From: Octopus bimaculoides
Lineage: Eukaryota
Assembly (NCBI RefSeq): GCF_001194135.2
Contig: NC_068982.1
Location: 1,575,111-1,639,110 of the forward strand
DNA: 64,000 bases
Reading direction: 5' to 3'
Shown: in pieces, positions 1-12,367 of the stretch
Numbering within the stretch: the first letter of the stretch is position 1
Layout of the letters: each line of letters begins with the position of its first letter
The notes under the pieces: generated by a model
What the model was told of the DNA's origin: nothing
Databases searched by the model: none
The model's input: the letters and a program-made list of their open reading frames with translations, nothing else
Position numbers and translations under genes: made by a program

Positions 1-24
1 ATATATATATATATATATATATAA

Positions 25-660
25 TCTTTTATTCTTCTTTGCGTTTCAGCCCATAGGTTATGACCATGCTGGAGCATTGCCAGTGTTATCACATTTTCAA
101 TGGTCATTCGTATATGATTTGCTTTCGGTGAAGGAGCGTGTTCAATATTGTAGCCCTCTTTCTATTTTCTTGCCGTGGTACAGGCTCATCTGTGACGTTG
201 GACACCAGAAGGTCAAGTTGTTTTTTGAAACCATCTACACCCAGTTCATGCAGATCTCTCATATGATTTGGCAATGTATTAAATAGCCGTGGGCCCATTA
301 ATCCCAAAGTATTGCAGTACATGGTCTTAGCATTAGATGAGATGGCTGGAACATTTGGAACAGCGCAGTGACGTCCTCTTCGGGGACTGGTATAGCTCTC
401 GATGCAAAAGTTTGGTACCAACCTCTCCAGGATCTTCCATACGTATATCACTGCATATCTCTCACATCTTCTCTCCAGAGAGTAGAGTTGTATTTCTTTC
501 AGTCTCTGCCAGTAGCTCAGCTGATCCATTAATGCAATCTTCCTGGTGTAATACTGCTGAACTGTCTCAAAATTCGCATCCGTATATACATACATCACAT
601 TACATCATACTTCGAAGACTATGCATTTTTAATCGAAGAACAGGAGATTGCTACTAAATA
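25..660 (-). mobile_element. CR1/L2-group non-LTR retrotransposon, 3' fragment (RT C-terminus plus 3' tail)
   Basis: ORF 104..598(-) reads YWQRLKEIQLYSLERRCERYAVIYVWKILE...GPRLFNTLP...FKKQLD, the typical post-RT C-terminus of CR1/L2-like LINEs. It is followed by a 3' tail (25..81) ending at (AT)n. Confidence 0.8.
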
Positions 661-2224
661 ACTTACAAACAAAAGCGACAATGAAGCCCTAGATATAACG
701 AAAGTGTAAATTATGTCATATTTCTGTGGAAGAGAGCACTTGTGATTATCTACTGTTTAAAAATGTCATCAAGAAACTACCTCCCTATACTAAATGACGT
801 TGTCGATAGACAATATACAATACCATTCAGAAGAAAAAAAAACTGTCCTGGAATAAATATAGAGAATTACCCTTTTACTCAATGCATCCACAAACATACA
901 CACAAGGAACATTCCCATTAAAATATCTGTCAAGTGTAAACATAACAGGCCAAAACTATAACTATGGACAGCCGTTTCGAACCCTCCTGTATCCTTCTGT
1001 ATACAGGGTGCAGTTTCATATTTTTACCAATAACAATTGATGCACTTTGTTTTGTGAGTAAATAGCTAAGTAACAATCTGGATAGGCCACGGCTTTCAGA
1101 AAAAGAAATCAACCACCTTACTCGCTCATTATTGATAAAATCTGTTAGTAGAACAGCGAAATTATTAAAATGTGACATGGTTTTTGTTATCCATATTCCA
1201 CCGATGGATCTTTGTATCTTTGTATCTTTGTGAGAAACCACAAGAGAACATACATGCTTTTATACAGGATGTGCTTTGCATTTTCTCTACAAAATCGTCT
1301 TCAAATTTTTTTCTGCATAAGAAAGTATATCACAGTTTCATTCACGATGCATAGTGGAAGGATGTAGTCCCGTTTAATCACACTACCATAAGATGTATTT
1401 TGTTTTCCGTGTCACTGAATACATATAAAGAAGCGTCACTTTCTGTGGAAATATTTTGTTTATTCACGGTCGAAGCAGTTAACGTTCTAAAGCCGATTTC
1501 CTGTAAGATAATTAGTTTTTGAATATGTGCGTGTTATAAACTGAAATGTTGTAGAATTATAGTAAGGCATATATTTGCCCTAACTTTAAAAGTTTCTTTA
1601 CAATTTTTTTATCATATATCTACAATGATTCTTTTAGAAGAAACAACTGATCAGTAAAACACAAGTGATGTAATGGTAGACGTCCAGAGAGAAATATAGA
1701 CATGTATGGATATAATATTAATATTATGTATTAATTTTATACAATCATAAGATGATTCAAAAAGTTAGAATACAGTACTGCAATATTTAATTCCACTTCT
1801 GTGTGCAACGTATTGAAATTCCGGTGTATTGTATCGTTTCATGGTCAATACACCGTTGTTCATGCTTGTACACTGCCCAGAGTGGGACGCTAGGGATTGT
1901 TTTTTTGTGTAAAAGTATTCTAACGTATTGACTGCTATTCTACGCTGCCATTAGAATAGACATGATTAAAATCGTCAAGCGTTTGCCATTTTTCTGTTCA
2001 AATCTGTGACTGATATATTAGGTTTCTTTACGTTTCGTCAAAAGATATTTTAGAGAAGGATTAACGTCATTTTCCTTTCTGATTATATTACCTACTTCGC
2101 TTGTATGAAACTATTACAACAAATTGAAATCTCTTGGCATGTCTTTATAACCGACTTTGCGCTGTTTGTCACATTAAATTCTAAAACGAACTTTTATATA
2201 TCATAATATGAAATATCATTTGTA

Positions 2225-2434
2225 CTATAAGCACAAGGCCTGAAAGTATGGGGAGGGGCTTAGTTAGTTACATCGACCCCAGTGCTCGAGTGATAATTGA
2301 TTAACCGAACCCTAAAACATGAAAAGCAAAATCAACGGCGGTGGCGGAATTTGAACTCAAACTGTGAAGTCTGATAAAATAGCCGATTACTACTTCGTCC
2401 GGCGCGCTAATGATTCTGCCAACCTGCCGCCTTA
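2225..2434 (-). mobile_element. tRNA-derived SINE, family A (diverged copy)
   Basis: Aligns by eye with the copies at 10461..10666 and 26343..26585 (GCACAAGGCC..CATCGACCCC..GGAATTTGAACTCA..ATTCTGCC..CCGCCTTA). Confidence 0.75.
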
Positions 2435-2542
2435 CCTATGATGATGATGACGATGATGTTAATGATAATGATGACTATTAATTTTCAGGTTAATTTAAGT
2501 GTCACCATGCAAATTATCATTATCTCCAGTTAAAACATCGTT

Positions 2543-2583
<41 letters not shown>

Positions 2584-2593
2584 NNNNNNNNNN

Positions 2594-2637
<44 letters not shown>
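2543..2637. repeat. (CAT)n microsatellite with 10-N gap
   Basis: Direct reading. Confidence 0.95.
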
Positions 2638-2638
<1 letters not shown>

Positions 2639-3399
2639 ATACGGTTATTGTTATTATCAATTTCTTCATCATTGCAGAATTACAAAGAACACAATCATAA
2701 TCAGCTGCATCAGTACAGTTAAAAATATCCTCATTGTGCTCTTACACGTCTTCCTCCACTCCACATCCTCATCATCAGCATCCTTGTCATCATCATCATC
2801 ATCATAATCACCGACGTGATCGGCGTCACCATGGCTCTCATCATTATTCTTAAACCATTCTGCAAAATAAACTTTCAGTTAATATGACCAGCGTATCAAA
2901 ATATACAAAACTAATAAACGCAACATTCGTATGTAATCTCAATTTGTAGTCGTTTTCTTATCTAATGACCTGAAATCGCCTATAGAGGGGCCTGTCATAT
3001 GAAGTGTATTTCGTCCAAATTAATTTGAAGCAATTCCAATTAGGATAGATTAGAAAAAAGGTATCGAATTGAGGAATATGAACATCAGCGCCTATATTAT
3101 TGTCTATTTGTGTGTAAGAGACAAACGTCATTCAATATAAACACTCCAGTTCTGAATCGATACTATTACTGCCGACTTTATTTATATATAGGCTGTTTGC
3201 AATTTTAGTTGAATAACATATGAAGCTATATATTTGAGTCACTTATGCATGCGAAAGCTGAAGTCATCACCTTTTCGTTCAGATTAATCAATTAGACCAA
3301 TCAAAAAATCGCGAAATGTGAGAACATCATATCTATTTGCCCTTTATTCAAATAAGGTTAATCTTCCACTGACGATGTTATTGTGTATTAGAATATCTA

Positions 3400-4570
3400 A
3401 GGAATTGTGACTATTTGAATTATCCCGTAAGTATATGAAATCGCATTATCTGCTCTCATATATTGTTTTTCCATTCTGAATCTGAAGGAAATTTGCAAGC
3501 CCTCAACAACGGTTGAGCTTGCGGGTCGTTAATGTTCATTATTTAAATTAATGATCGTCAACAGCTGCAAGTCCTTAGCAGAAAGAACACTCCAGAGGAT
3601 TAATGTTCTGGGGAAGAAGTTAGTAGGAAGAGTGGTTAGTGCAACATGATGGAAAAACGAGACGGCCGAGGATGTTTTAGAATATGTGCAAGATTAACAA
3701 GTGTACAGAGGCCATAACAATAGAGATAGAAAAAAGACAGAGAAAGCAAAGATCATGCCAATAGATGAGGTCGGAGGTGTCTGCTGGTGATATAATGTCA
3801 AACAACTGAGCGACCCTTCTCTTGATACACTTCCGATGACAGTTCTCGTAGCAGCAGCACTGTCTTAAATGTGGATGCAGTACACTAGTGTGGGCCGCAC
3901 ACAGGTCTCGTAGATTGTTAGCATTTGTTGAGATCTCAAATAATTTCCGGCTTGAAGAGAAAGCATAGTCTTTGGTTTGAAAACTTAGCTTTATCGAATA
4001 TGTACATTCACTGAGAGAGACTTTTTGCGATAATAAAGATCATCCTTTGTGGCTCTGAGAGTCACTCATGCGTAAAGGGGCACACTAGAGTTTCTGATAG
4101 TTAGAGACAAGATAAACATGGCCTCTGAACATGGAATCAATGCATGTGTCGTTTACGATGGTTGCATGAGATTGGGGAATGTTAGGGGAAGGTTAGGGAA
4201 AAATCTAATGTTTTGCATTCTGCAAAACACTAGGAGCCTTTTAATACTGAGGGACATATATCACTGATAAATTGTAGGGAGGATGTGTAACAAATGACAA
4301 CTGTGGAGCAGAGCAATGTATCCTGGGAGTAAAACGAAAAGAGTTCAGTAAGCATAAGCTAAGAAGGATTCCAGAGATAAGAGATGAATGTAGCTCGTGG
4401 GGAAGATATTTTGATAGAAGAATCGCAGGCCAGACATGGTTCAAGGTTCATGACACTGATTTCACCAAAATTTCCTAAAGTGATTCCCTACTAGTGCATG
4501 ACATAGTAATGGAGGGCACTTCAGGATCTGATCCTGAAATCGTTATGAAAGTCATTCAGACGAGAGAGAT
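3400..4570 (-). mobile_element. Degenerate LINE reverse-transcriptase fragment (CR1/L2/Jockey-like)
   Basis: Frameshifted minus-strand remnants of RT motifs: FGEISV (~4470), a VPQ-like segment (~4250) and VRPTLVYCIHI (~3880, compare RPxLEYCSHIW), followed by a FFYLYCYG-like C-terminal block. Confidence 0.65.
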
Positions 4571-4721
4571 TGAAAGAGTTCGAAAAAATGACAATGATTG
4601 AATGTTTGTATTACCTCACAAATTCCATAAGACGATATTTCAGTTGATAAAGTGATCTGCAATTATTTAGAATGGGACACACTTAAGCGTTCTTTTCAGA
4701 TGACTATATATATATACGCCA

Positions 4722-4902
4722 TGAGAGATCGCTGAGCCCTACACACATTTTTTTTCTCTCTCCTTGTTTCCTTCTGTATTCCTTTCTGTGGAAGAGCATA
4801 GGCTCGAAACGTTAAAGACTTTCCCAATTCCTGAACGTTATACTAATACATCTATTTGTTTTCTACACCACCTGTCTTCGCCTGCTGTTTTTTGTGAATT
4901 AT

Positions 4903-4903
<1 letters not shown>
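4722..4903 (+). mobile_element. Penelope-like element terminal repeat (pLTR) fragment
   Basis: Similar along its length to 52020..52208 (GAAGAGC..GCTCGAAACGT.AAAGACTTT...TACTAATA...TACACCACCTGTC). Contains a hammerhead-like motif. Confidence 0.6.
4782..4817 (+). ncRNA. Minimal type I hammerhead-ribozyme-like motif (non-canonical core)
   Basis: CUUU-[CUGUGGA]-A-GAGC/AUAG/GCUC-GAAAC-GUU-AAAG: stem I 4 bp, stem II 4 bp, palindromic ACGU in place of helix III. Confidence 0.45.
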
Positions 4904-4940
<37 letters not shown>

Positions 4941-5154
4941 CATATATATATNNNNNNNNNNNNNNNNNNNNNNNNNNNNNNNNNNNNNNNNNNNNNNNNN
5001 NNNNNNNNNNNNNNNNNNNNNNNNNNNNNNNNNNNNNNNNNNNNNNNNNNNNNNNNNNNNNNNNNNNNNNNNNNNNNNNNNNNNNNNNNNNNNNNNNNNN
5101 NNNNNNNNNNNNNNNNNNNNNNNNNNNNNNNNNNNNNNATATATATATATATAT

Positions 5155-5313
5155 ACGACGGGCTTCTTTCAGTTTCCTTTTATCAAATCCACTCACAAGG
5201 CGTTGGTCGGCCCGAGGATATAGTAGAAGAAACTTGCCGAAAGTGCCACTCAGTGGCGCTGAACCTGGAAACATATGGTTGAAAATCAGATTTTATACCA
5301 CACAGCCATGTCT
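5155..5313 (-). mobile_element. tRNA-derived SINE, family B, 5' head
   Basis: Minus strand begins GGCTGTGTGGTATAA..CCAGGTTCAGCGCCACT (A/B-box-like) and ends GAAAGAAGCCCGTCG before (TA)n. Homologous to 39962..40117. Confidence 0.8.
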
Positions 5314-5939
5314 TTCAAAGTATAATCACCAAACGTCCAGTGTTTACTTGGAAGATGGATGACATCACAGTTGCTCTTATATCTAAAAGACACTCGAGTT
5401 TAGACCTAATGAATACATTAAGAAACTATATTATGATTCGATTCGAAAACGCGCAGCATTATTCAGAGGTGAAACGAAAATCACGACGGGCGCCCGGTAT
5501 TTCCAGCGCTCTTAGCCGTGTGTCTTCGCTTACTTCGATCATCCACCTGACCTAAAATATATGATGCTATATCTGCTGTCTCATAGAACTAATAAATTAT
5601 TGATTCATCCCATCAGATAATGTCCAATAGTCTTTTCTGGAAAGGTGAATGACATTTTGTGACGTCCATTTATCAACACATAAATAAATGTAAAACAATA
5701 TCGAGAGTATAATGAATTTCAAATATGATAGAAAACAAAGAAGATAAGGATATGTTATGGATTCCTGCGACTGCTTCGTAAATATTGGAAGTTTACAGAT
5801 GTTTTCGGTTTCGATTTATATCGAATTGATTCTATTCTCCGTTTTGTATGCCCTTCTAGATCCGATATCGGTATATTTAACAAAAATATTCTGGATAAAT
5901 ATATTTTTTCATTAACGAAAATATTTAAACTTAATTTAT

Positions 5940-7470
5940 GGTCTAATTCATTAAATTTATCCAGTTCGATATGTGTAGCAATTATTCCTCTATCAATCTC
6001 ATCATCCTTAATAAAGCCCTATGGTTCGCAGATAATAAAGAGGGCCTAACCCGCGGTGAAATTGATGTTGTCCTAGCGGCAAGAAAATCTATCATCCAGT
6101 TTGATAGCAAACTTTGGATTCGTCAAGATGAACCCGATTGCTTCACTATCCCTATGAGAAGTAGCGATACAGCACAGGTTTCGGATTTGGTCAGATTTCA
6201 TATTTTATCTGAACTAGTAGACCGATTTCCTTATATACGCGGTGGTTTGTATCATGATGACTGTCTCCTTTATCTACAAAATACCTCTAATCAAAAACTT
6301 AAACGAAATTTAGTCAAATTCTTTAGTAATTTGGGCCAAAGTATTTCCTTCGATGATGAGAGAAATAAGGTTAACTTCCTCGATCTTACTCTAAACTTAC
6401 ATACGGCCTTGTATTTCCCACGCCATAAACCTTCAGCTAACCTGAAATACATCAGTATCTTTAGTAACCGCCATATAACAAGAAATTTGGTTAAAAACAT
6501 ATCAGTTAGAAAATCTAAATTATCCGCCAACGAAACCGTTTTCAATAGTCACACTGATTTTTATAACTCCGCTTTATATAAGAAACAAATTAAATATTAT
6601 AACCAAGTTGGCCATAACTATACTAATAACCACAACAATAGTAATAACGATATCAACAGTAATAGACACAATAACAACAAGAGTACTTATATTGTTCCTC
6701 CCATACTCGATAATCCAAATAATTCACAATTTCATCGAAATATCCATAGTCCTTACCTTTGTAATCCCCAAAATAAACAATCAAAGGGAAGTAACTATGC
6801 TTCTATAACCTTTTTACGCTACCTTAAAAATAATACTAAGTTTTTTAATAATAAATCTCGCGAAGAAAAACGCAACCCTAATAAAAATATCGATATTTCG
6901 AGTTTTTTTTACTCTTGTCAATGAGATGTACCCAAGAAAGGCAACCCTAATAAAAATATACGGAAAACAAGTAAAAGTAACCTTCCCCTCTTATTTCAAC
7001 AATTTATACAAAGGAACTTCTCCATTAATTCAAGGTACCACTCAATTTTCAACACACACCGTAGCAGAATAGGTTTCTCTAACACCAACAATATCTCACG
7101 AATTATATTATCACATAACAGCCGTAATCTAAAAGGTAACAATGTCTCTCCTAATAACTCTAATAACTTTAATAACATTACAATAATATTAACGATAATC
7201 TCTCCTTAAATAATAATATCAATGAAACTAGGCTTTGAAACTGTGGCACTAATAAAACGTGTGTCCTAAATGGAAACTGCCGTATTAAAATACTGTGTAC
7301 CAATGCAAAATTACTTCTGGTACCAGAGAAATCTTTTATGTAGGATTATTTTCTACGGATTTGAAATCCAGTCTGGCGAACCACTTCTCTACCTCCAAAT
7401 ATAATCGTAAGCGTAATCCCACGGGACTTAGTGAACTAATCTGGCATCTTAAAGACTCTAATAGACTCTT
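5940..7470 (+). mobile_element. Penelope-like retroelement (RT + GIY-YIG endonuclease), decayed, Naiad-like
   Basis: RT motifs KFIQFDMCSNYSSI, GGLYHDDCL and KVNFLDLTLNL in and just before ORF 5971..6924. Linker RYHSIFNTHRSRIGFSN. Endonuclease VYQCKITS..FYVGL..NH..TGLSELIWHLK in ORF 7295. Confidence 0.85.
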
Positions 7471-7491
7471 TCTTTATACGCATACATATGT

Positions 7492-7495
<4 letters not shown>

Positions 7496-7530
<35 letters not shown>
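7496..7530. repeat. (GT)n microsatellite
   Basis: Direct reading. Confidence 0.95.
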
Positions 7531-7532
<2 letters not shown>

Positions 7533-8299
7533 ATATGCATAGATATACGTCACATTTTGTGGGGTTTCTTATATCTGTTAAAATGTCTATTTGTTAAGCA
7601 CTGTTGTTTATATCCTCCCTGGTGACATTGATGCATTGCTCCAAATTATTCATCCTGTCGGATGTATTTTGAATGCATCCATCGAAACATATGTCGATGA
7701 TATGAAGATATAAATGATTTAATATCCTCTTGAGTATTTGTCGCCTTTTTCAATTTTTCCTATTCTCTCCTAAATACGACTCGCTTATCCCCAGAATCAA
7801 ATGCCACACGTCTGACTATTGTTTCTTGGGACACTTAAGCAACATTTAGCTACCTTATAATTGTTCCCCTGGAACTTTCCTATAAATTGTACACTTATAT
7901 ATATATACATACATACATATATGCACACATACATTTAGTTTAGTTGAAATAAGTTTGTTACATATTTCATTGTGTTTGTACATCCTGATCCCAAGATATT
8001 CTCAGCATTGTCATAGAATCTTTGTTTAACGTCTGACTCTGCACCATCAGCTGAATAATGTGCTTAATCTTCGCAGAAAGATGTAAGAATTGCTGGGAGT
8101 CAGAGTTTATTTATTTTCGACTAATTTTCGAAACTTCATCTTATTTGTTTAAATCTTTTAACCTTGTAATCTTTTCCTAACAACAGGTTTTGGCTTTACT
8201 CCTACTAAATAATTATCTCGGCCAACACCTAATCCCTGAAAATATTTAACAGTAGAATGACAACAAATAGAATATTAACCTATTGCATCAAAGTCAATA

Positions 8300-8940
8300 A
8301 ATTGATTCACTTTTGGACCGAAGGTGTGTTCAGGTAAATTCACACTTGAGTTTCTGGTCAAACTGGATTTCCCATCACAGGACTGAGCTTGGAACATAGC
8401 TGCATCATGTGTGGGCTGCTGCTATTAATTTAACTCATGTCTAAGACTCCCAAATTAGACTATGTATTCCAGTAGCAACCTACTATGACATCACATTGCA
8501 GGAATTTGTTACCGTCCTCTCGAAACATTCACACTGTCTTTGCTTGAATGAGATCTTATTTGTCCTGCATGATTCTTCATTCATGAGATTATATCTCCTT
8601 CCCATTCCGAGTTGGTTCTAAACAATTACTTCACAAGACATGGAAGTGGAGATCATTTCAACACGTCAAAAATTTATATTTTGTGACATTTAATATACCC
8701 TTGCTTGCTTCTTTTGTCAAATACATGCATTTGGCACTTATGCTTTTTCTCTTAAATCCTTTGGCATTTATTTGTGCAAATCACCGTATCCACAACTGTA
8801 CTTTATTATTGTTTTCTAGATGTACAAGTGTTCATGCTGCTGAAGATGAAGTTGGACAAGTACTGATGACGTCTAATGAGGCAGGAACATGAGTACATCG
8901 ATGACATTTGTTTCCATACAATCACAACCGATATTTTCTC
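8300..8940 (+). mobile_element. Possible highly degenerate Penelope-like GIY-YIG/3' end remnant
   Basis: Fragments GPK.., CIMCGLL and IPVAT occur in the order expected for a PLE endonuclease. A CTGATGA motif lies near the 3' end (8863). Many disruptions. Confidence 0.3.
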
Positions 8941-9065
8941 AATGTCATGTTGGTTTTGGAAAAACCTTGATTACTGAGATTATCTCTCATTCCAACTTCC
9001 AGCAAATTATAACTCCATTGAAGGTAGAGATACTTAGGTTCCTATAGTGTCATTGGTGACGAATA

Positions 9066-9994
9066 TGGTTATTCAGAGAAGATCAGAAGAGATTCTACAA
9101 AGAAATAAATGGAGAGTGTGCAGATGAAAAGTTGATACCAGATAACATCGAAAGTCAAAGGTTTTGGAGTGACATTTGGAGCAAAGACAAGGAGCACAAG
9201 AAGGATACTGAATGGTTGTAAGAGATGAAACAAACAGTAGTCTGTCCACAACAAGCAGAACTAGTCATTTCAGTTAGGGAAGTGAAGGAAATCAGCAAAA
9301 CAATGGACAACTGGAAGGCCTCTTGACCAGATGGATTTCAAGGCTACTGGATCAAAAGATTTGGTGAAAGTCATGCACACGAATAGCTGCGCAACTCAAC
9401 ACCTTATTAAATGCCGATCTAGTAACAGCAGTGTGGTTGACAATGGGTAGGACAGTGGTGTGCCTGAAAAACATTGAAAAAGGCAATACGGTAGACAATA
9501 ACAGGCCGATATCCTGTTTGCCACTTATGTGGAAGTTATTGACTGGAAAATTCGCAGAGTCAATGTACGAACATTTGGTAAAAGAATGGAATCCTGCCAC
9601 ATGAGCAGAAGGGTTGCAAGCGCAAGTGCAGAGGTACCAAGGAGGTACCTCCTAATTTCTATAAAGGAAGAAAGAAAAGTCGATAGATATGACAGGTTAG
9701 CTTGGGAAGTTAAGCAGTTTGTGGTCGATGAAAAAGGTAGAAGTAGTACCAATAATTGTCCGAGCCCTGGGAACAGTGAGCAGAAATATTGAGAGGTACG
9801 TGGAACAAATAGGGGCTGTAATAAGGGCGGAGTACTTGCAGAAAACAGCACTGCCTGGAACCGCTCGAATACTCCAGAAGGTGCTCGAAAAATAAGAGGT
9901 GTTACCTTAGTTTACTGGTAGTGAACAGCTGACGCTGTAATACGTTTCCAACGATAGAAGCTGTGCAAAGGCAATAATAATAATAATAATAATG

Positions 9995-10037
<43 letters not shown>
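9066..10037 (+). mobile_element. R4/Dong-clade non-LTR retrotransposon, 5'-truncated with a large internal deletion and (AAT)n tail
   Basis: [66 protein letters not shown] is joined directly to the endonuclease C-terminus KEERKVDRYDRLAWEV..VVPIIVRALGTV..LQKTALPGTARILQKVLEK*. Then a 3' UTR and (AAT)n at 9973..10037. Confidence 0.85.
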
Positions 10038-10058
<21 letters not shown>

Positions 10059-10460
10059 GTTTGTTTTTAGCCTTCATTTATTCCTAGGTATGACACTTTA
10101 TCAAAACTTTCCGCTGCATGAAAGTAATGAATGATAGAATTAACCCATGCAATAGCGTAAATGAGGACGGTATTACAGGTGCACTGTGGGTGAGCAACGC
10201 AGGCCCGGTCGTCATTATATGGCTGCTAGAACTAAATGGACTAAGATGAGGAATATAGCTGTCATATTTTGGGATTTGTACTTGAATATTGAATGCCTCT
10301 CACGATAATAAACAACCAAGTATCAAAGCTTTATGATGGGCCGAAGGAGACCCTGTGAGACCTCTGACAATAGGCTGCTGTCCGCTCTCACAAAAGCAAC
10401 CAGAACAAACGAGATCGAATGTGCTGAGAAAACAACGACAACAACAACAACAATAATAAT

Positions 10461-10666
10461 TCCTTCTACGGCAAGCACAAGGCCTCAAATTTGGGGGAAG
10501 GGGATTAAGTCGATTACATCGATTGCTGGTACTTATTTAATCGGCTCCGCAAGGATGAAAGGCAAAGTCGACCTCGGTGGAATTTGAACTCAGAACGTAG
10601 TGACAGGCGAAATACCGCTAAGCATTTTCCCGGCGTGCTAACGATTCTGCCAGCTCACCGCCTTTA
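10461..10666 (-). mobile_element. tRNA-derived SINE, family A
   Basis: Minus-strand head with A-box TGGCAGAATCG and B-box GAGTTCAAATTCC. Central GTCGACTTTGCCTTTCATCCTT domain. Flanked by ACAACAACAACAATAATAAT on both sides (10441..10460, 10669..10688). Confidence 0.85.
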
Positions 10667-12367
10667 TAACAACAACAACAATAATAATGGTAACACGAAA
10701 TTTAATGCGAATTGTTAATACCTAATGCAGTTTTTAATTTTATGCAGAACGTTATTTCGAATAAACACCAATTAGGAACTTTATGTATGGCAATAACATT
10801 ACTCCTATTTCAGAATATAGTGACTCCCACTATTTTCCAAAGTTTAATTGCTGTAGAGCCCTTTGCGGGAATCTGATGGGCATTAATTAGAGCATATTAC
10901 AGAGAAAATTATGTATGACAAAGCTCCCTGTTGAATCAATGAAGTAAAAGTGATCGGGGCCAAATAGATTCCTGCTGAATATATTAATATTAACTGTTAG
11001 ATAGCATGACATCTGTTTCAACGGTGACGCTTAGTGTTTCTGTTCTGTTAGCTGTGGCTTCAGCAAAGACGCTAATGAACAAATGCATGATACCCAATCG
11101 CAACACTATCGCCAAGATACTGTTTGTTTAATCTAAGGATATAATTACTGCGAGTTCATCTTACGTGAATCGGATTTTGACACAGAGCAACAGAGCAAAG
11201 CACAATTATCGATTTGTTAAAAGACCAGTAACAAGTTATAAAGGTGGGGGTGCGGTTTAATTTATTCTGTGACTTGATCGTTTTGATTGGATTAATTATT
11301 CTGTGGCATGTTAAGAGATATTTATAACAATTAGGATGCGATAAAGAAAACAGAAGAATAATTAGTTTTTATTTTGATGGCTGTTGACTGTTTTCACCTT
11401 TCTGATTTTATTTATTTATTTTTTTTATTTCGGAACATCATGTGTGCTTTTCGGAAGAAAGACAATTACCGCACCTAGCTTAAAAGTACTAGACACGTAT
11501 TTTGTCCCTTAAGGTGTTAGACTCACAGTAAAATACACGAATAAAAGATCATATTTACATATATGGAATTCTTCATTATATTGACCTGGCCTACAAGTTC
11601 TCTAAATTACTCTGCTATATCCAACATAATTAAGATCACCCACTTCTATATTTTGACAACAGAGAAAAATTATATGCGTAGTCATTTCAGTGTATTTGAA
11701 AGCTTAACACTGATGGAAATAAATATTTTCCTTAAAATATGCACTCAGCAGCGTTGCGAGGGAAAAGTACAGGAAATGCAAATTTGCATATCCATATTCC
11801 AAGAGAGCAATGTTTTTTTAGACTTTAGTAAATATGAAATGGATATCTGTCAAGTAGTGCAAACTTCACTACTTATATATATATTCAAATATCGGTTTAG
11901 TTATAACCCATCTATTTACAATTATGGATGGCATAAAATAAACGCATAGCATTTTATATCAATACGCACATACAGGAGATCCTCCCAGGAATCAGCATAT
12001 ATATATATATATATATATATATANNNNNNNNNNNNNNNNNNNNNNNNNNNNNNNNNNNNNNNNNNNNNNNNNNNNNNNNNNNNNNNNNNNNNNNNNNNNN
12101 NNNNNNNNNNNNNNNNNNNNNNNNNNNNNNNNNNNNNNNNNNNNNNNNNNNNNNNNNNNNNNNNNNNNNNNNNNNNNNNTTATACAAATTCAAAACAAAA
12201 TATATATAAAAAAAACATGAAGAACTGTGCTTTACGATCCAAGATTAACTCGTAAACTACTCAGAAAGCTTTGGAATGAACAAATAAATATATTCATTCT
12301 TACATGCATAATAACACATGTATATTGATAAACTTATAGGTATATATGAATTATATGCATGCACATA

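Noticed and set aside
930-1500. Minus-strand ORF 930..1241 and a possible terminal exon starting at 1500 (EIGFRTLTASTVNKQNISTESDASLYVFSDTENKIHLMVV*)
   Set aside because: No recognisable domain and no supporting upstream exon chain; indistinguishable from chance.
8857-8900. CTGATGA hammerhead-like core
   Set aside because: No convincing stem I or stem II pairing, and GAAA is replaced by GGAA.
10700-11350. TE-free block with several TAATTA motifs as a candidate enhancer
   Set aside because: Motif density is not clearly above expectation for AT-rich DNA, and conservation cannot be assessed from this window alone.
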